Assembly (NCBI GenBank): GCA_964635325.1
Contig: CAZWOL010000006.1
Location: 3,849-67,848 of the forward strand
From: an uncultured Pseudobdellovibrionaceae bacterium
GTDB taxonomy: Bacteria; Bdellovibrionota_B; Oligoflexia; Oligoflexales; Bog-1112
Reading direction: 5' to 3'
DNA: 64,000 bases
Every line of letters starts with the position of its first letter. Within the stretch, counting starts at the first letter, position 1. Under the pieces are notes generated by a model. The model was not told where the DNA came from. It ran no database searches and was given only the letters and a program-made list of their open reading frames with translations. Shown here in pieces: positions 1-9,325 of this stretch. The translations under genes and the position numbers were made by a program.

Positions 1-538
1 GATCGAGGTAGACACCATCAACATCCGTCATTAAAAGCAATTTATTAGCATGCGTTGCAACTGCGACACATGCTGCAAAGCTATCTCCATTCACATTAAA
101 GAGCGTCCCCTCCTCACCCATCGCAATTGGAGCCATGACAGGAATATACCCTTCGTCACACAAACGATTGAGAAGGTTGGCATCAACATCTTCCATTTTG
201 CCGACATGACCAAGGTCTGCTTGCAAGCTACTTGCATCCGCTAGTCCAGACACTCCAACAGCTTTAAAACCTTGGCTTCGTAAGGTTGCAACGAGACGTG
301 TATTCACTCTTCCCATCAAAACCATCTGAACAACGTCCATCGTTGCATCATCAGTAACGCGCAAACCGTTTTTGAAAACAGGTTCTATGCCGAGTTTTAA
401 AGAAAGCTCGGAAAGCTCCTTACCTCCTCCATGAACAAGAATAGGCTGAAAGCCTTGCTCTCTCATCTGACGAATTTCATTAAAGTCATTTGCTTGGAGT
501 GCAACACCACCGTATTTGATCACAATTTTCTGTGCCAT
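1..538 (-). CDS. argB: Acetylglutamate kinase (ArgB), N-terminal ~179 codons; gene runs off the left edge of the window
   Basis: Not in the ORF track (no stop in the window). Reverse-complement reading from ATG at 538 gives MAQKIVIKYGGVALQANDFNEIRQMREQGFQPILVHGGGKELS..., carrying the amino-acid-kinase IKYGG and VHGGG blocks. The ATG lies 2 nt after the argJ stop. Confidence 0.9.
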   Translation of the reverse strand, partial: MAQKIVIKYGGVALQANDFNEIRQMREQGFQPILVHGGGKELSELSLKLGIEPVFKNGLRVTDDATMDVVQMVLMGRVNTRLVATLRSQGFKAVGVSGLADASSLQADLGHVGKMEDVDANLLNRLCDEGYIPVMAPIAMGEEGTLFNVNGDSFAACVAVATHANKLLLMTDVDGVYLD

Positions 539-540
539 TT

Positions 541-1749
541 TTAGGTCCTATACGATCCGTTAATTTTTACATAGTCGTAAGTAAGATCACAGCCCCATGC
601 TTTGGCATTGAAGTCTCCGGCATGTAAAAATGCTTGGATAAGAAGTTCTTTCTGCGACAGCACTCCTAAGGCTTCCTCTTCATCAAATGGAAGATTCGCC
701 CCCCGGGCCATGACAGGAATATGGCCTATAAAAAGATCGACACGTGATGGATCAAAATCAGCACCAGAATATCCGAGAGCACACAGAATGCGTCCCCAGT
801 TTGCATCACATCCAAAAATCGCAGCTTTAACCAGTGAGGAACCACAAACTGCACGCGCAGCTTTTTGGGCATCCAACTCTGATGCCGCTCCACGAACTTG
901 CACCTCAAAAAGTTTACTTGCTCCTTCTCCATCTCTAACAATCATCTTAGCGAGTTCCGTTAAGACTTTCTCCATAGCAGAGAAAAAGACCTCAAAATGA
1001 ATGCTATCAAAAGTAATCTTAGGAGTTCCCGACCTTCCATTCGCAAGTGCGATAATCATATCGTTGGTTGAGGTATCTCCATCAACACTGATCATATTGA
1101 ATGAGCGATCACATGCTTTTTTTAAAACATAGCGTAAGGCATCAGCATCAACATCAGCATCGGTGGTGACAAACCCCAATGTCGTTGCCATATTGGGATG
1201 TATCATTCCCGACCCTTTTGACATACCACCAATCGTTACGGTCTTTCCTCCAAGGTCAAAACTCAATGCATATTCTTTGCGAAAAGTATCGGTCGTCATG
1301 ATTGCAGAGGCTGCATTCTCTGCTCCATCCTCTGAAATCGATGCACAGGCCTCTTGAATACCAGGCACCATCCTATCCATAGGAAGGCGCTCACCTATCA
1401 CTCCAGTGCTTGCAACAGCTACAAGTGATGTAGAGAGATTCAAAAATTTTGCTGCAGTCTCCTGCATCACACGTGCATCTGTTGCACCTTGCTCCCCAGT
1501 GCAACAATTCGCGTTACCACTATTCATAACGATTGCTTGTAAGATGCCACTACTTACAACGTTTTCGGATAGCAGCACACAAGCAGCACGAACCTTGTTG
1601 GTTGTAAAAACTCCAGCAGCAGTTGCAGGGTTTATACTTTGGAGTACAGCTACATCCAGTTTCTGAATTTTTTTGCTTTTAATGTGCGCCTTAACGCCTG
1701 ATGCTCTAAACCCCTTCGGCGCGCAAACACCACCCTTCACTTCCAACAT
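541..1749 (-). CDS. argJ: Bifunctional ornithine acetyltransferase / N-acetylglutamate synthase (ArgJ)
   Basis: 402-aa ORF. Autoprocessing/active-site block HPNMATTLGFVTTDA and the C-terminal CDLTYDYVKINGSYRT end are typical of ArgJ. Sits between argC and argB with 10-nt and 2-nt spacers. Confidence 0.93.
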   Translation of the reverse strand: MLEVKGGVCAPKGFRASGVKAHIKSKKIQKLDVAVLQSINPATAAGVFTTNKVRAACVLLSENVVSSGILQAIVMNSGNANCCTGEQGATDARVMQETAAKFLNLSTSLVAVASTGVIGERLPMDRMVPGIQEACASISEDGAENAASAIMTTDTFRKEYALSFDLGGKTVTIGGMSKGSGMIHPNMATTLGFVTTDADVDADALRYVLKKACDRSFNMISVDGDTSTNDMIIALANGRSGTPKITFDSIHFEVFFSAMEKVLTELAKMIVRDGEGASKLFEVQVRGAASELDAQKAARAVCGSSLVKAAIFGCDANWGRILCALGYSGADFDPSRVDLFIGHIPVMARGANLPFDEEEALGVLSQKELLIQAFLHAGDFNAKAWGCDLTYDYVKINGSYRT

Positions 1750-1759
1750 CGACAGCCCC

Positions 1760-2734
1760 CTACGGAAAAATTGGACTCAGCTTAGATAGAGCCTGGTCCT
1801 CTGGAAATTGCATCATCAGGTTCATATTTTGGATCGCTTGGCCTGCAGCTCCCTTGACCAGATTATCAATTGCACTCATAACGAGAAGATTGTTTGTCCG
1901 TGGATCGACACCCAAGCCAATGTCACAAAAATTGGATCCCGTCACATTTGCGGTCTTGGGCCACTGACCAAGTGGAAGCAAACGTACGAAAGTTTCTTTT
2001 TCGTAGTACTCGTAATAGTGATTCCAAATCTCCTGGCTACTTGCCTCTTTTTTTAGAGGAATATAGGCACTTGCGAGGATACCTCGCTTCATTGGCACCA
2101 AGTGAGGACTAAACTGAATGGGAACTCCAATAATGTTTTCCAATTCTCTTTGATGCCGATGTTGCCCTAGAAGCCCGTAGGCGTGCATACTTTCACTTGC
2201 TTCACAGAGTAGGGAGCCTTGAGCAAGAGAGCGACCAGCGCCCGATACTCCGGACTTGCAGTCGAGAATAATGCGTTGCTTATCGATATTTTCGGAGTTG
2301 AGCAAAGGTTGAAGTGCAAGTAAAGATGCCGTTGGATAGCAACCTGGGTTTGCGAGCAATTGCGTCTCTACTATTTTTGAGCGAACACCTAGCTCTGGAA
2401 GCCCATAGACAGCATTTGCATCGAGACGATAATCTGCGCTGAGATCAATTACTTTTTTTTGCTTTGCTAAAAAACTAGGAACGATTTTTTGCGCTTCTCC
2501 ATGTGGCAATGCCGTGAAGATGACAGAGCATTCACTCCATCCACTTTCAGCAGCCATGGGACTAAAGGTATGATCGAATTTTTTTCGAAGATGTGGGTAT
2601 ACATCAACAATGGCTTTTCCACTTTGAGTGTTAGCACCAAGATAGGCGATTTCTACGTCGGGGTGACCTAGCAAGATACGAATCAGTTCAACGCCAGCAT
2701 AACCCGAAGCTCCGATGATTCCCACCTGATGCAT
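1760..2734 (-). CDS. argC: N-acetyl-gamma-glutamyl-phosphate reductase (ArgC)
   Basis: 324 aa. N-terminal Rossmann block GIIGASGYAGVELIRIL and the catalytic-Cys block ANPGCYPTA. First gene of the argC-argJ-argB string. Confidence 0.93.
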   Translation of the reverse strand: MHQVGIIGASGYAGVELIRILLGHPDVEIAYLGANTQSGKAIVDVYPHLRKKFDHTFSPMAAESGWSECSVIFTALPHGEAQKIVPSFLAKQKKVIDLSADYRLDANAVYGLPELGVRSKIVETQLLANPGCYPTASLLALQPLLNSENIDKQRIILDCKSGVSGAGRSLAQGSLLCEASESMHAYGLLGQHRHQRELENIIGVPIQFSPHLVPMKRGILASAYIPLKKEASSQEIWNHYYEYYEKETFVRLLPLGQWPKTANVTGSNFCDIGLGVDPRTNNLLVMSAIDNLVKGAAGQAIQNMNLMMQFPEDQALSKLSPIFP

Positions 2735-2788
2735 TGCTCATCTCCATTTTTTGTTCATAGTTCACTATGGAGGATGAGAGTAGTCTAA

Positions 2789-2817
2789 TAAAAAAAGCGC
2801 TCCTGACAGAAGCGCCT
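2789..2817 (-). terminator. Rho-independent terminator downstream of the M48 peptidase gene
   Basis: On the minus strand, GGCGCUUC-UGUCA-GGAGCGCU (about 8 bp including G-U pairs) is followed by U7 (A-run 2790-2796 on plus). It lies about 40 nt after the stop at 2854. Confidence 0.7.
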
Positions 2818-2853
2818 AGTCGGTCATGATTTACATCATTTGTTGATTATAAG

Positions 2854-4104
2854 TTAGCGATCAAGTGCTTCCAAACGTTGAAGCAAGGGAGGGTGGGAGT
2901 AGTAAAAACGTGAAAATGTTGGATGAACCAGTGGCATGCTTTGGTTCGACTTCTGCAATTTAGTAAGTGCGTGCGTAAGGTCATTTTGTGTACCCAGATG
3001 TTTTTTTGCAAAAGCATCTGCTGCAAACTCGTTGCGTTGGGAAAGCCAGGCCTGCAAAGGATTGAACAAAAATCCAACAATGCTATACCACAGTCCAAAG
3101 ACAATCAAAGCTGCATAGTTTGACACACCCTCAAAACCAAAGGCATGGTAAAAATCTTCCATAGGCTTGAGCAAACTCAGCACATAAAAAAGCAGACCCA
3201 TCGTGACAATGGATTGAATCAAAGAAATTCGAACATGATGCAATTTAAAGTGCCCAAGCTCATGAGCAAGAACTGCTACAATCTCTTGGGGAGTCAGCGA
3301 CTGGATTAGCGTGTCAAAGAGTACAATTTTTTTCTCTCCAAAAACTCCTGTAAAATACGCATTGCCATGACTAGAGCGTCGCGAAGCATCCATAACGGAA
3401 ATACCACCTGCTTTAAAGCCAATCGCTTCTGCCAACGCATAGATTTTGTCTCGTAACTCACCTTCAGGTAGAGGATTGAACTTGTTAAATAACGGAGCAA
3501 GAAAAGTCGGATAAAGCCAGGAGACAAGCACCCCAAATGACGCTGTCAAAATCCAAGCTCCAAGCCACCAAAGAGGCCCTGATTCCATCGCCCAGAGAAC
3601 CGCACCAAGAAGAGCTCCACCAAGCAAAATACTGATGATGAGTTCTTTGACTTTATCAGCAAAGAAACCTTTTGGGGTCTGCCTATTAAAACCATGCTTC
3701 TCTTCAATTTTGAAAGTTTGGTAGAGATCGAAAGGAAGTGAATAGAAAAAGTTCAACAGCCCAAAGCTCCCCCAAAAGAGAAGCCCAGTCCCCAATGAAC
3801 CAAAGCCGCGATTTTGCGCAAGATCGAGAACACACTCTTCTATAGACAAAAAGCCACCAAAGGCAATGAATCCAAGTAGAACAAATGTTTGAATCCAGTT
3901 CGCAGCAAAGTGAAACTTATACTTATCCTCAGTATACGCAAATATTTTCGCAAATTCTGCATCGGAAATACCGAGCGTCTGCTTTGCATGTGCTTGTTTC
4001 GCAAGATCAGAATAGTACGCCCTATTCTGCACACTCAACCAAGTTTCGATTAGGAGTTTTGCAATTTTCAAGAGTACAAAAGATAGAAAAAGTTGACTCG
4101 CCAT
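2854..4104 (-). CDS. M48 family zinc metallopeptidase (Ste24/CAAX-protease-like, multi-TM)
   Basis: 416 aa. Several hydrophobic segments and the HEXXH motif in VLAHELGHFKLHH. Length and N-terminal membrane domain fit the Ste24-type M48A architecture. Confidence 0.85.
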   Translation of the reverse strand: MASQLFLSFVLLKIAKLLIETWLSVQNRAYYSDLAKQAHAKQTLGISDAEFAKIFAYTEDKYKFHFAANWIQTFVLLGFIAFGGFLSIEECVLDLAQNRGFGSLGTGLLFWGSFGLLNFFYSLPFDLYQTFKIEEKHGFNRQTPKGFFADKVKELIISILLGGALLGAVLWAMESGPLWWLGAWILTASFGVLVSWLYPTFLAPLFNKFNPLPEGELRDKIYALAEAIGFKAGGISVMDASRRSSHGNAYFTGVFGEKKIVLFDTLIQSLTPQEIVAVLAHELGHFKLHHVRISLIQSIVTMGLLFYVLSLLKPMEDFYHAFGFEGVSNYAALIVFGLWYSIVGFLFNPLQAWLSQRNEFAADAFAKKHLGTQNDLTHALTKLQKSNQSMPLVHPTFSRFYYSHPPLLQRLEALDR

Positions 4105-4112
4105 AAATCCCC

Positions 4113-5288
4113 CTAGTGAACCGCAGCATCCTGTTGGATGCGCTCTAGTTTTTCAAACTGCTTATCAAGCAAACGTGTTCGTGTCGTTACAATGCCATCG
4201 TATTCACTCTGCAAATCGGTAATACGCTTACCCATAAGCTGCAACTTTTGACAAAACATTTCCCACTGCTTACGAAACCCGGCAAGCTGCTCGAGAATTT
4301 CTTGGGAAGTTTTTTCAACAGCAAAGTGATCAACAGCTTTACGTACAACAGCTAGCACAGCGAATAGTGTCATCGGCGAGCAGGTGATAATGCGATTTTT
4401 GAGCGCCTGATCAAAAAGACTCGCGTCCTCTTGCATAATAAAAGAAAACACCTGCTCATGAGGAATCAACATCAACACACAATCGACAGATTCCGGAAGC
4501 TCATGATAGTTGCGTTCAGCAAGCTCTTTATAGCAAGCCTTCACATCTGAGAGAAAGGCCTTGGTATATTTGTCACGTTCACCCTTCTCTGAGGCTTCCG
4601 TGAGTTTTGTATAATTTTGAATTGGAAACTTAACATCCATATTGAGAACAAGACCCTTGGGAAGCAAGAATGTGAAATCTGGACGGAGTCCATTCGCCAA
4701 GGTTTTTTGCTTGAAGTAGTTGATGTTTTCTAAAAACCCTGCAAGCCGCAAAATATCATCAGCAATACGCTCACCAAGCTGGCCACGGTTTTGTGAGTTT
4801 GCGAGAACAGCTTTCAAACTTGTAGTTGTCTCGATAAGATCAGCAGTTTGTCCATTCGCAGTCGAGATAAGCGACGACAGTTGTGTCATCTGTATACTTT
4901 TTTCACGATCAGACGAATGTACAAGATCAGCAACTTTGCTAAGCTGTGCATTAACAGCCTCTAACTGACGCTGAAGATCTACCTTATTGTGTTTGAGCTC
5001 ACTCGTGATGAGCTCTCGATCACCGTGCAATTGGTGACCTGCAATCTTCATCATAGAGTCGGTGGATTTTGAGAGCATCTCAAACGAAGTTTCTTGGAGC
5101 CTTGCCCCCAGTTGACTGGAGAAGGTTTCCAAGAGACTACGGTGCTGTATCTCACTCTCTCTTAGAGCATCACGTAACGCACTTGCATTGCGATGCTTAA
5201 AAATACCCATGATGCCGTATGTCATCAGAGCACCAAGTACAAATCCACCGATAAAAAAAATGATCGACAGCAGTGAGGAATCCATCAA
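4113..5288 (-). CDS. rmuC: DNA recombination protein RmuC
   Basis: 391 aa with an N-terminal TM segment and long coiled coil. C-terminal block RPDFTFLLPKGLVLNMDVKFPIQNY matches the RmuC nuclease-like domain pattern. Confidence 0.85.
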   Translation of the reverse strand: MMDSSLLSIIFFIGGFVLGALMTYGIMGIFKHRNASALRDALRESEIQHRSLLETFSSQLGARLQETSFEMLSKSTDSMMKIAGHQLHGDRELITSELKHNKVDLQRQLEAVNAQLSKVADLVHSSDREKSIQMTQLSSLISTANGQTADLIETTTSLKAVLANSQNRGQLGERIADDILRLAGFLENINYFKQKTLANGLRPDFTFLLPKGLVLNMDVKFPIQNYTKLTEASEKGERDKYTKAFLSDVKACYKELAERNYHELPESVDCVLMLIPHEQVFSFIMQEDASLFDQALKNRIITCSPMTLFAVLAVVRKAVDHFAVEKTSQEILEQLAGFRKQWEMFCQKLQLMGKRITDLQSEYDGIVTTRTRLLDKQFEKLERIQQDAAVH

Positions 5289-5309
5289 AGTGATCCCACC
5301 ATCTGTGTT

Positions 5310-6791
5310 TTATTTGCTAAACTCATGAAATGCCTTTTTAAGCAACGTAACTATCAAGTCGACTTCAGTATCCGTAATATTGAACACCGGTGTAAAGCGG
5401 AGCGCATTTTTCCCACCATGGATAACGCCAAGTCCATTGTGACGAAGGTAGCGTTCCATCCCCTTCTCTCCAAGAACTTGAGCGCACTGTGGATCGATCG
5501 CAAGGGAAAGAAGCAATCCCGTTCCCTGAACTTTGCCTACGAGCTTAGGAAACTCCTTGGCGAGCCCTCTAAGCCCCTCCAACAAACGAGCGCCCTGGCG
5601 ATGAATATTTTCTCGCAACTCAGGCGTCATACTATACAAGACCTGTGTCGCAAGCTCAAGGGCGCGTGGATTCGTTGTCATTGTATTTCCATAAAGGCCA
5701 TGCTTGTAGAGGCGTGCAGCCTTTTCATTAAGAGCCAAGACGGAAAGCGGGTACTGACCATTATTGAGTGCCTTAGAGTAAGTTTCCATATCGGGGAAGG
5801 CTAAACTTTCAAAGCCTGGATAGTCGACAATACTTAGGCAGGCTTGAGTTCTAAGGCCAGCTTGAATAGAATCCACCACTAAGAGAGCGCCATGCTTAGT
5901 CGTTCTCTCACGCGCTACTTTGTAAAACTCTGGTGTAATCGCCTTACCCGGATCACCTTCACCCATCACTGGCTCTAGAAACATGGCTTGAATAAAGACA
6001 CCTTCGCGTTCTGCCCATTCAAAGACGCTGTTGAGTTCAGCAATGTTATTTGCTTCGACAGTCACAACGCTGCGCTTATCACGAAACGATGCAAGCACAT
6101 CTTGGTAAGACTCTAAACTCGAACTCGACAACTGCGCTGCTGTCTCGGTTCGCCCATGAAAGCTTCCCTTCAAGGTCAGGTACATCAATTTTTTTGCGGA
6201 ATGACTTCCTCCAGCATCTGTCTGCATTTTTGCATAGCGATCTATAATACGACAGGCTACGGTAATGGCTTCTGAACCCGAATTAATACAGAGATATTTG
6301 AAATATTTGCGACCATCACTGCGATGCTGACCAATTTCTCCTCGTAAGACCTGGGTAAATTTCCACTGTATAAGATTAGGAGTCATAATATTGGCCATAG
6401 CTTGAGGCTTGGCAAGCGCTCGTAAAAGATGTTCTGGGTTATGACCCAAACCAAGCATCCCATAGCCTCCAACATCGTAGACCACAGATCCACAAGTCGT
6501 GATAATCCATGGTCCCTTAGCCGCTAGAGCAACGTATGGATTAACATTCATTTCCTCATAAAAATTTAAATAATCGCGTTGAATCTCTTCAATTTGGTGG
6601 GCTTCGTCACGCTTGAAAATACTTGCAAACATTTTTTTAGAATCTTGGTAGAGTGTCCATGCTTCATCAATCAATTCGCCTAGACGAGGATCTTCCTCTA
6701 AGAACTGTTCGACATATTTTTTTTGCAGACCTACGGTTTCGACGAGCTCATGGTGTGAACGAATGTCCATGAGTTTTTGCATACGATCCAT
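5310..6791 (-). CDS. Class-III PLP-dependent aminotransferase (acetylornithine/ornithine/lysine-epsilon type, subfamily unresolved) with about 80-aa N-terminal extension
   Basis: 493 aa. Contains GYGMLGLGHNP, CINSGSEA, VVDSIQAGLRT and the likely PLP-lysine context ETYSKAL. These are class-III aminotransferase blocks read by eye. Confidence 0.8.
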   Translation of the reverse strand: MDRMQKLMDIRSHHELVETVGLQKKYVEQFLEEDPRLGELIDEAWTLYQDSKKMFASIFKRDEAHQIEEIQRDYLNFYEEMNVNPYVALAAKGPWIITTCGSVVYDVGGYGMLGLGHNPEHLLRALAKPQAMANIMTPNLIQWKFTQVLRGEIGQHRSDGRKYFKYLCINSGSEAITVACRIIDRYAKMQTDAGGSHSAKKLMYLTLKGSFHGRTETAAQLSSSSLESYQDVLASFRDKRSVVTVEANNIAELNSVFEWAEREGVFIQAMFLEPVMGEGDPGKAITPEFYKVARERTTKHGALLVVDSIQAGLRTQACLSIVDYPGFESLAFPDMETYSKALNNGQYPLSVLALNEKAARLYKHGLYGNTMTTNPRALELATQVLYSMTPELRENIHRQGARLLEGLRGLAKEFPKLVGKVQGTGLLLSLAIDPQCAQVLGEKGMERYLRHNGLGVIHGGKNALRFTPVFNITDTEVDLIVTLLKKAFHEFSK

Positions 6792-7016
6792 GCGTCACCT
6801 CACTGTTCATAGCTTTTGTCGGAATCAATCCCCCAAACAGCACATTTGTATTGCAGTGCAATGTGGGACAGATTCTATTTTAGATGGAATATGCTAAGAA
6901 GAGCATTTTTTTGAGACTTTGTCGGCACTATTCACAGCAGATGCTGTTGTGCTGGATCAATTTATTAAGACGCAAAAAGGCATTTGGTGTGAATGTAGAG
7001 GACTGAGCCTCTGCTC

Positions 7017-8156
7017 TTAGCTAAGGAGTTTGAATATAGTCTGCAGTTGAAGGTTAGAGGTTCCCTCATAGAGCTTGCCAATTTTGACATCTCTATAAAA
7101 TTTTTCAGCTGGAAACTCTTTAATAAAGCCGTATCCACCATAAACCTCAAGACTGAGAGAAGCAACTTCTTCAGCAATTTCAGAACTCATGTACTTTGCC
7201 ATAGCAGCTTCTTTTGTGAACGGCACACCTGCATCTTTCATACGAGCTGCATTATAGACGAGCAAACGCACGCATTCGATTTGCGTAGCCATGCGAGCGA
7301 GTTGAAATTGAATAGCTTGGAACTGATTTAAGAGTTTTCCAAATTGAGAGCGCTGCTGAGCATAGGCAAAAGCTCCATTGAAAGCTCCCTGAGCCAAGCC
7401 CAGCATTTGTGACGCTATGCCGATTCGACCTTCGTTTAAGGTTTCAATAGCAATCTTATAGCCTTTGCCAACCTCTCCTAAGATATTATCTTCGGAAACT
7501 TTGACTCCATCAAAAATCAACTCACACGTCGACGACGCACGGATTCCAAGCTTTACTTCTTTTTTACCAATTGAAAAACCAGGCTGACCTCGCTCTACAA
7601 TAAATGCTGTGATCCCTTTGTAACCTTGGCTCGGATCAACATTTGCAAAGACTACATAAATCTGAGCTTCTTTCGCATTCGTGATAAAGACTTTTTTACC
7701 ATCAAGTCGCCACCCACCAGCTTCTTTAGTTGCCTTAGTTTTTAAAGCAAACGCATCCGAACCTGAATTGGGTTCAGTCAAACAAAAAGCTCCGACATCT
7801 TTTGAGCACAGTCGTGGAAAGTAATGGGCTTTTTGTTTTTCATTCGCCCAACGCATAAAGATATTGTTCACGAGAGTATTTTGCACATCGACAAAAACCC
7901 CAAGAGAGGGGTCTACTTTGGAAAGTTCCTCAATAGCGAGACAGGACATAAAAAAACTGCCACCACTGCCTCCATATTTTTCGGGAACCTCGATACCCAT
8001 CAAGCCCATGCTGAAACATTGAGACATAATATCAGGATCGAGAGCTTCTTTTTCATCCATCGCTGCGACTTTGGGAGCAATGCTCTCACGCGCAAACTTT
8101 GCAATTTCTCCGCTAAACAATTTTTCATCTTCGGATATTTGTGAAATGGGTTTCAA
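7017..8156 (-). CDS. Acyl-CoA dehydrogenase (short/branched-chain type)
   Basis: 379 aa. Contains CLTEPNSGSDA, the FITNA-type block VFITNAKEA and the C-terminal catalytic region KIGKLYEGTSNLQLQTI. Confidence 0.92.
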   Translation of the reverse strand: MKPISQISEDEKLFSGEIAKFARESIAPKVAAMDEKEALDPDIMSQCFSMGLMGIEVPEKYGGSGGSFFMSCLAIEELSKVDPSLGVFVDVQNTLVNNIFMRWANEKQKAHYFPRLCSKDVGAFCLTEPNSGSDAFALKTKATKEAGGWRLDGKKVFITNAKEAQIYVVFANVDPSQGYKGITAFIVERGQPGFSIGKKEVKLGIRASSTCELIFDGVKVSEDNILGEVGKGYKIAIETLNEGRIGIASQMLGLAQGAFNGAFAYAQQRSQFGKLLNQFQAIQFQLARMATQIECVRLLVYNAARMKDAGVPFTKEAAMAKYMSSEIAEEVASLSLEVYGGYGFIKEFPAEKFYRDVKIGKLYEGTSNLQLQTIFKLLS

Positions 8157-8217
8157 GAGTATCCTCCTAGATCAATGCATTCCAAGAATCTTACTCTGTT
8201 TTTGTTAGGATGGAGGC

Positions 8218-8251
8218 AAAAAAAAATCGTAGGAGAGAAAACTCCCCTACG
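8218..8251 (-). terminator. Rho-independent terminator after the RRM RNA-binding protein gene
   Basis: On the minus strand, CGUAGGGGAG-UUUU-CUCUCCUACG (10-bp stem) is followed by A plus U9 (plus-strand A-run 8218-8226). It lies about 20 nt after the stop at 8274. Confidence 0.85.
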
Positions 8252-8273
8252 ACTCAGCATGAGACGATTCTAT

Positions 8274-8627
8274 TTAGAATCGGCCACGGCCTCCGCCGAA
8301 ACCGCCACGGTTACCGTTGCGATCTCCACCACGGTTTCCACCGTTACCACCACCGAAACCACCGCGATTGCTGCGTGGTTCCATTGGGCGTGCTTCATTT
8401 ACATTGATAGCGCGTCCTTCGTAGTCAGCACCGTTGAACTTTGTAATCGCTTCTTGAGCTTCTGCATCCGTTGCCATTTCAACGAATCCGAAACCTTTGC
8501 AGCGACCAGTGTCGCGATCGGTGATAACTTTTGCAGAGACGACTGTTCCAACTTGTGAAAACGTATCCATAAGGACTTGGTCTGTTGCTGAAAACGGAAG
8601 ATTTCCTACGTACAATTTCTTACCCAT
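8274..8627 (-). CDS. RRM-type RNA-binding protein with Gly/Arg-rich (RGG-like) C-terminal tail
   Basis: 117 aa. RNP2 LYVGNL, RNP1 KGFGFVEM, and the tail RSNRGGFGGGNGGNRGGDRNGNRGGFGGGRGRF. SD GGAGG precedes the ATG. Confidence 0.9.
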   Translation of the reverse strand: MGKKLYVGNLPFSATDQVLMDTFSQVGTVVSAKVITDRDTGRCKGFGFVEMATDAEAQEAITKFNGADYEGRAINVNEARPMEPRSNRGGFGGGNGGNRGGDRNGNRGGFGGGRGRF

Positions 8628-8746
8628 GCTAACCTCCTAAGGCCAGGGGCGCCACTTTGGAGGCGAAGGGCACTATGCCTACCTCACGAAAGAAGCGATC
8701 AAAGAATCCCTAAATTTATAGCACGGTTTTTTATGGGTAGGCACGG

Positions 8747-9325
8747 CTATTTGTGTCCGACACTCAAAAACAATCGCCGGGCCGAAGAAATCAGAAAAGG
8801 TTCTTTAAATTCAGCCGCTTGCCTATTGAGTCGAATCAGTTCCAGAGCTTCCACTTCAGCCTCTAAACGCTGTCGAAGTTGAGCAAACTGATGAAGTTTT
8901 CGGCGTTGGGAAGTGCGTAAGCGTAGACCAGATTGTATTTTTTTTCCACAAAATTCGATAGTTAGGTCAGTGATTGGCTCCAAAATGGGGGAGCCGCTGA
9001 GACGACACAGAACCAAATGAACCCAAAACATATGGCTCCAAAGAATCCAGTATGATTGGACTAACTTTTGCAACTTTTCTCCAAAAACCTTTGAACAACG
9101 GAGCACACCGAGCCCCTGTGGAGAAAGGTAGGAGCTTGGACGCAAAGCCAAGGCTTGAATTTTCCCGACTAGAGACTGGAGTTGTTTCTTCTTAGTCAGC
9201 ACAGATGAACGCGTACGCTTTGCCTCCTGCGAACAGACCAGGAGTGGTTTGGTTTGCATCTCTCCTGCGATTTGCTTCGCTAAAAAGAGATAGTCTCGAT
9301 CCCATTTCTCTAGAAGGTCATTCAT
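8747..9325 (-). CDS. Hypothetical protein (about 192 aa), translationally coupled to the upstream unknown ORF
   Basis: ORF-track entry 8747-9328 begins at TTG; the adjacent ATG at 9325 is preferred. It overlaps the upstream stop (9318-9320) by 8 nt. No family motif recognised. Confidence 0.6.
   Translation of the reverse strand: MNDLLEKWDRDYLFLAKQIAGEMQTKPLLVCSQEAKRTRSSVLTKKKQLQSLVGKIQALALRPSSYLSPQGLGVLRCSKVFGEKLQKLVQSYWILWSHMFWVHLVLCRLSGSPILEPITDLTIEFCGKKIQSGLRLRTSQRRKLHQFAQLRQRLEAEVEALELIRLNRQAAEFKEPFLISSARRLFLSVGHK

Noticed and set aside
5325-5804. 159-aa plus-strand ORF
   Set aside because: It lies entirely antisense within the well-supported class-III aminotransferase gene. It has no SD and a low-complexity, R/K/L-rich shadow-frame composition.
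6900-6925. Plus-strand terminator-like ATGCT-aagaag-AGCAT-T7 between two minus-strand genes
   Set aside because: The stem is only 5 bp and there is no upstream plus-strand transcription unit or convincing promoter. It is probably fortuitous in an AT-rich spacer.
8175-8558. 127-aa and 65-aa plus-strand ORFs opposite the RRM protein gene
   Set aside because: These are antisense shadows of the GGN/CGN-rich RGG tail (T/A/V/S-rich translation). They span the strong terminator and lack SDs.
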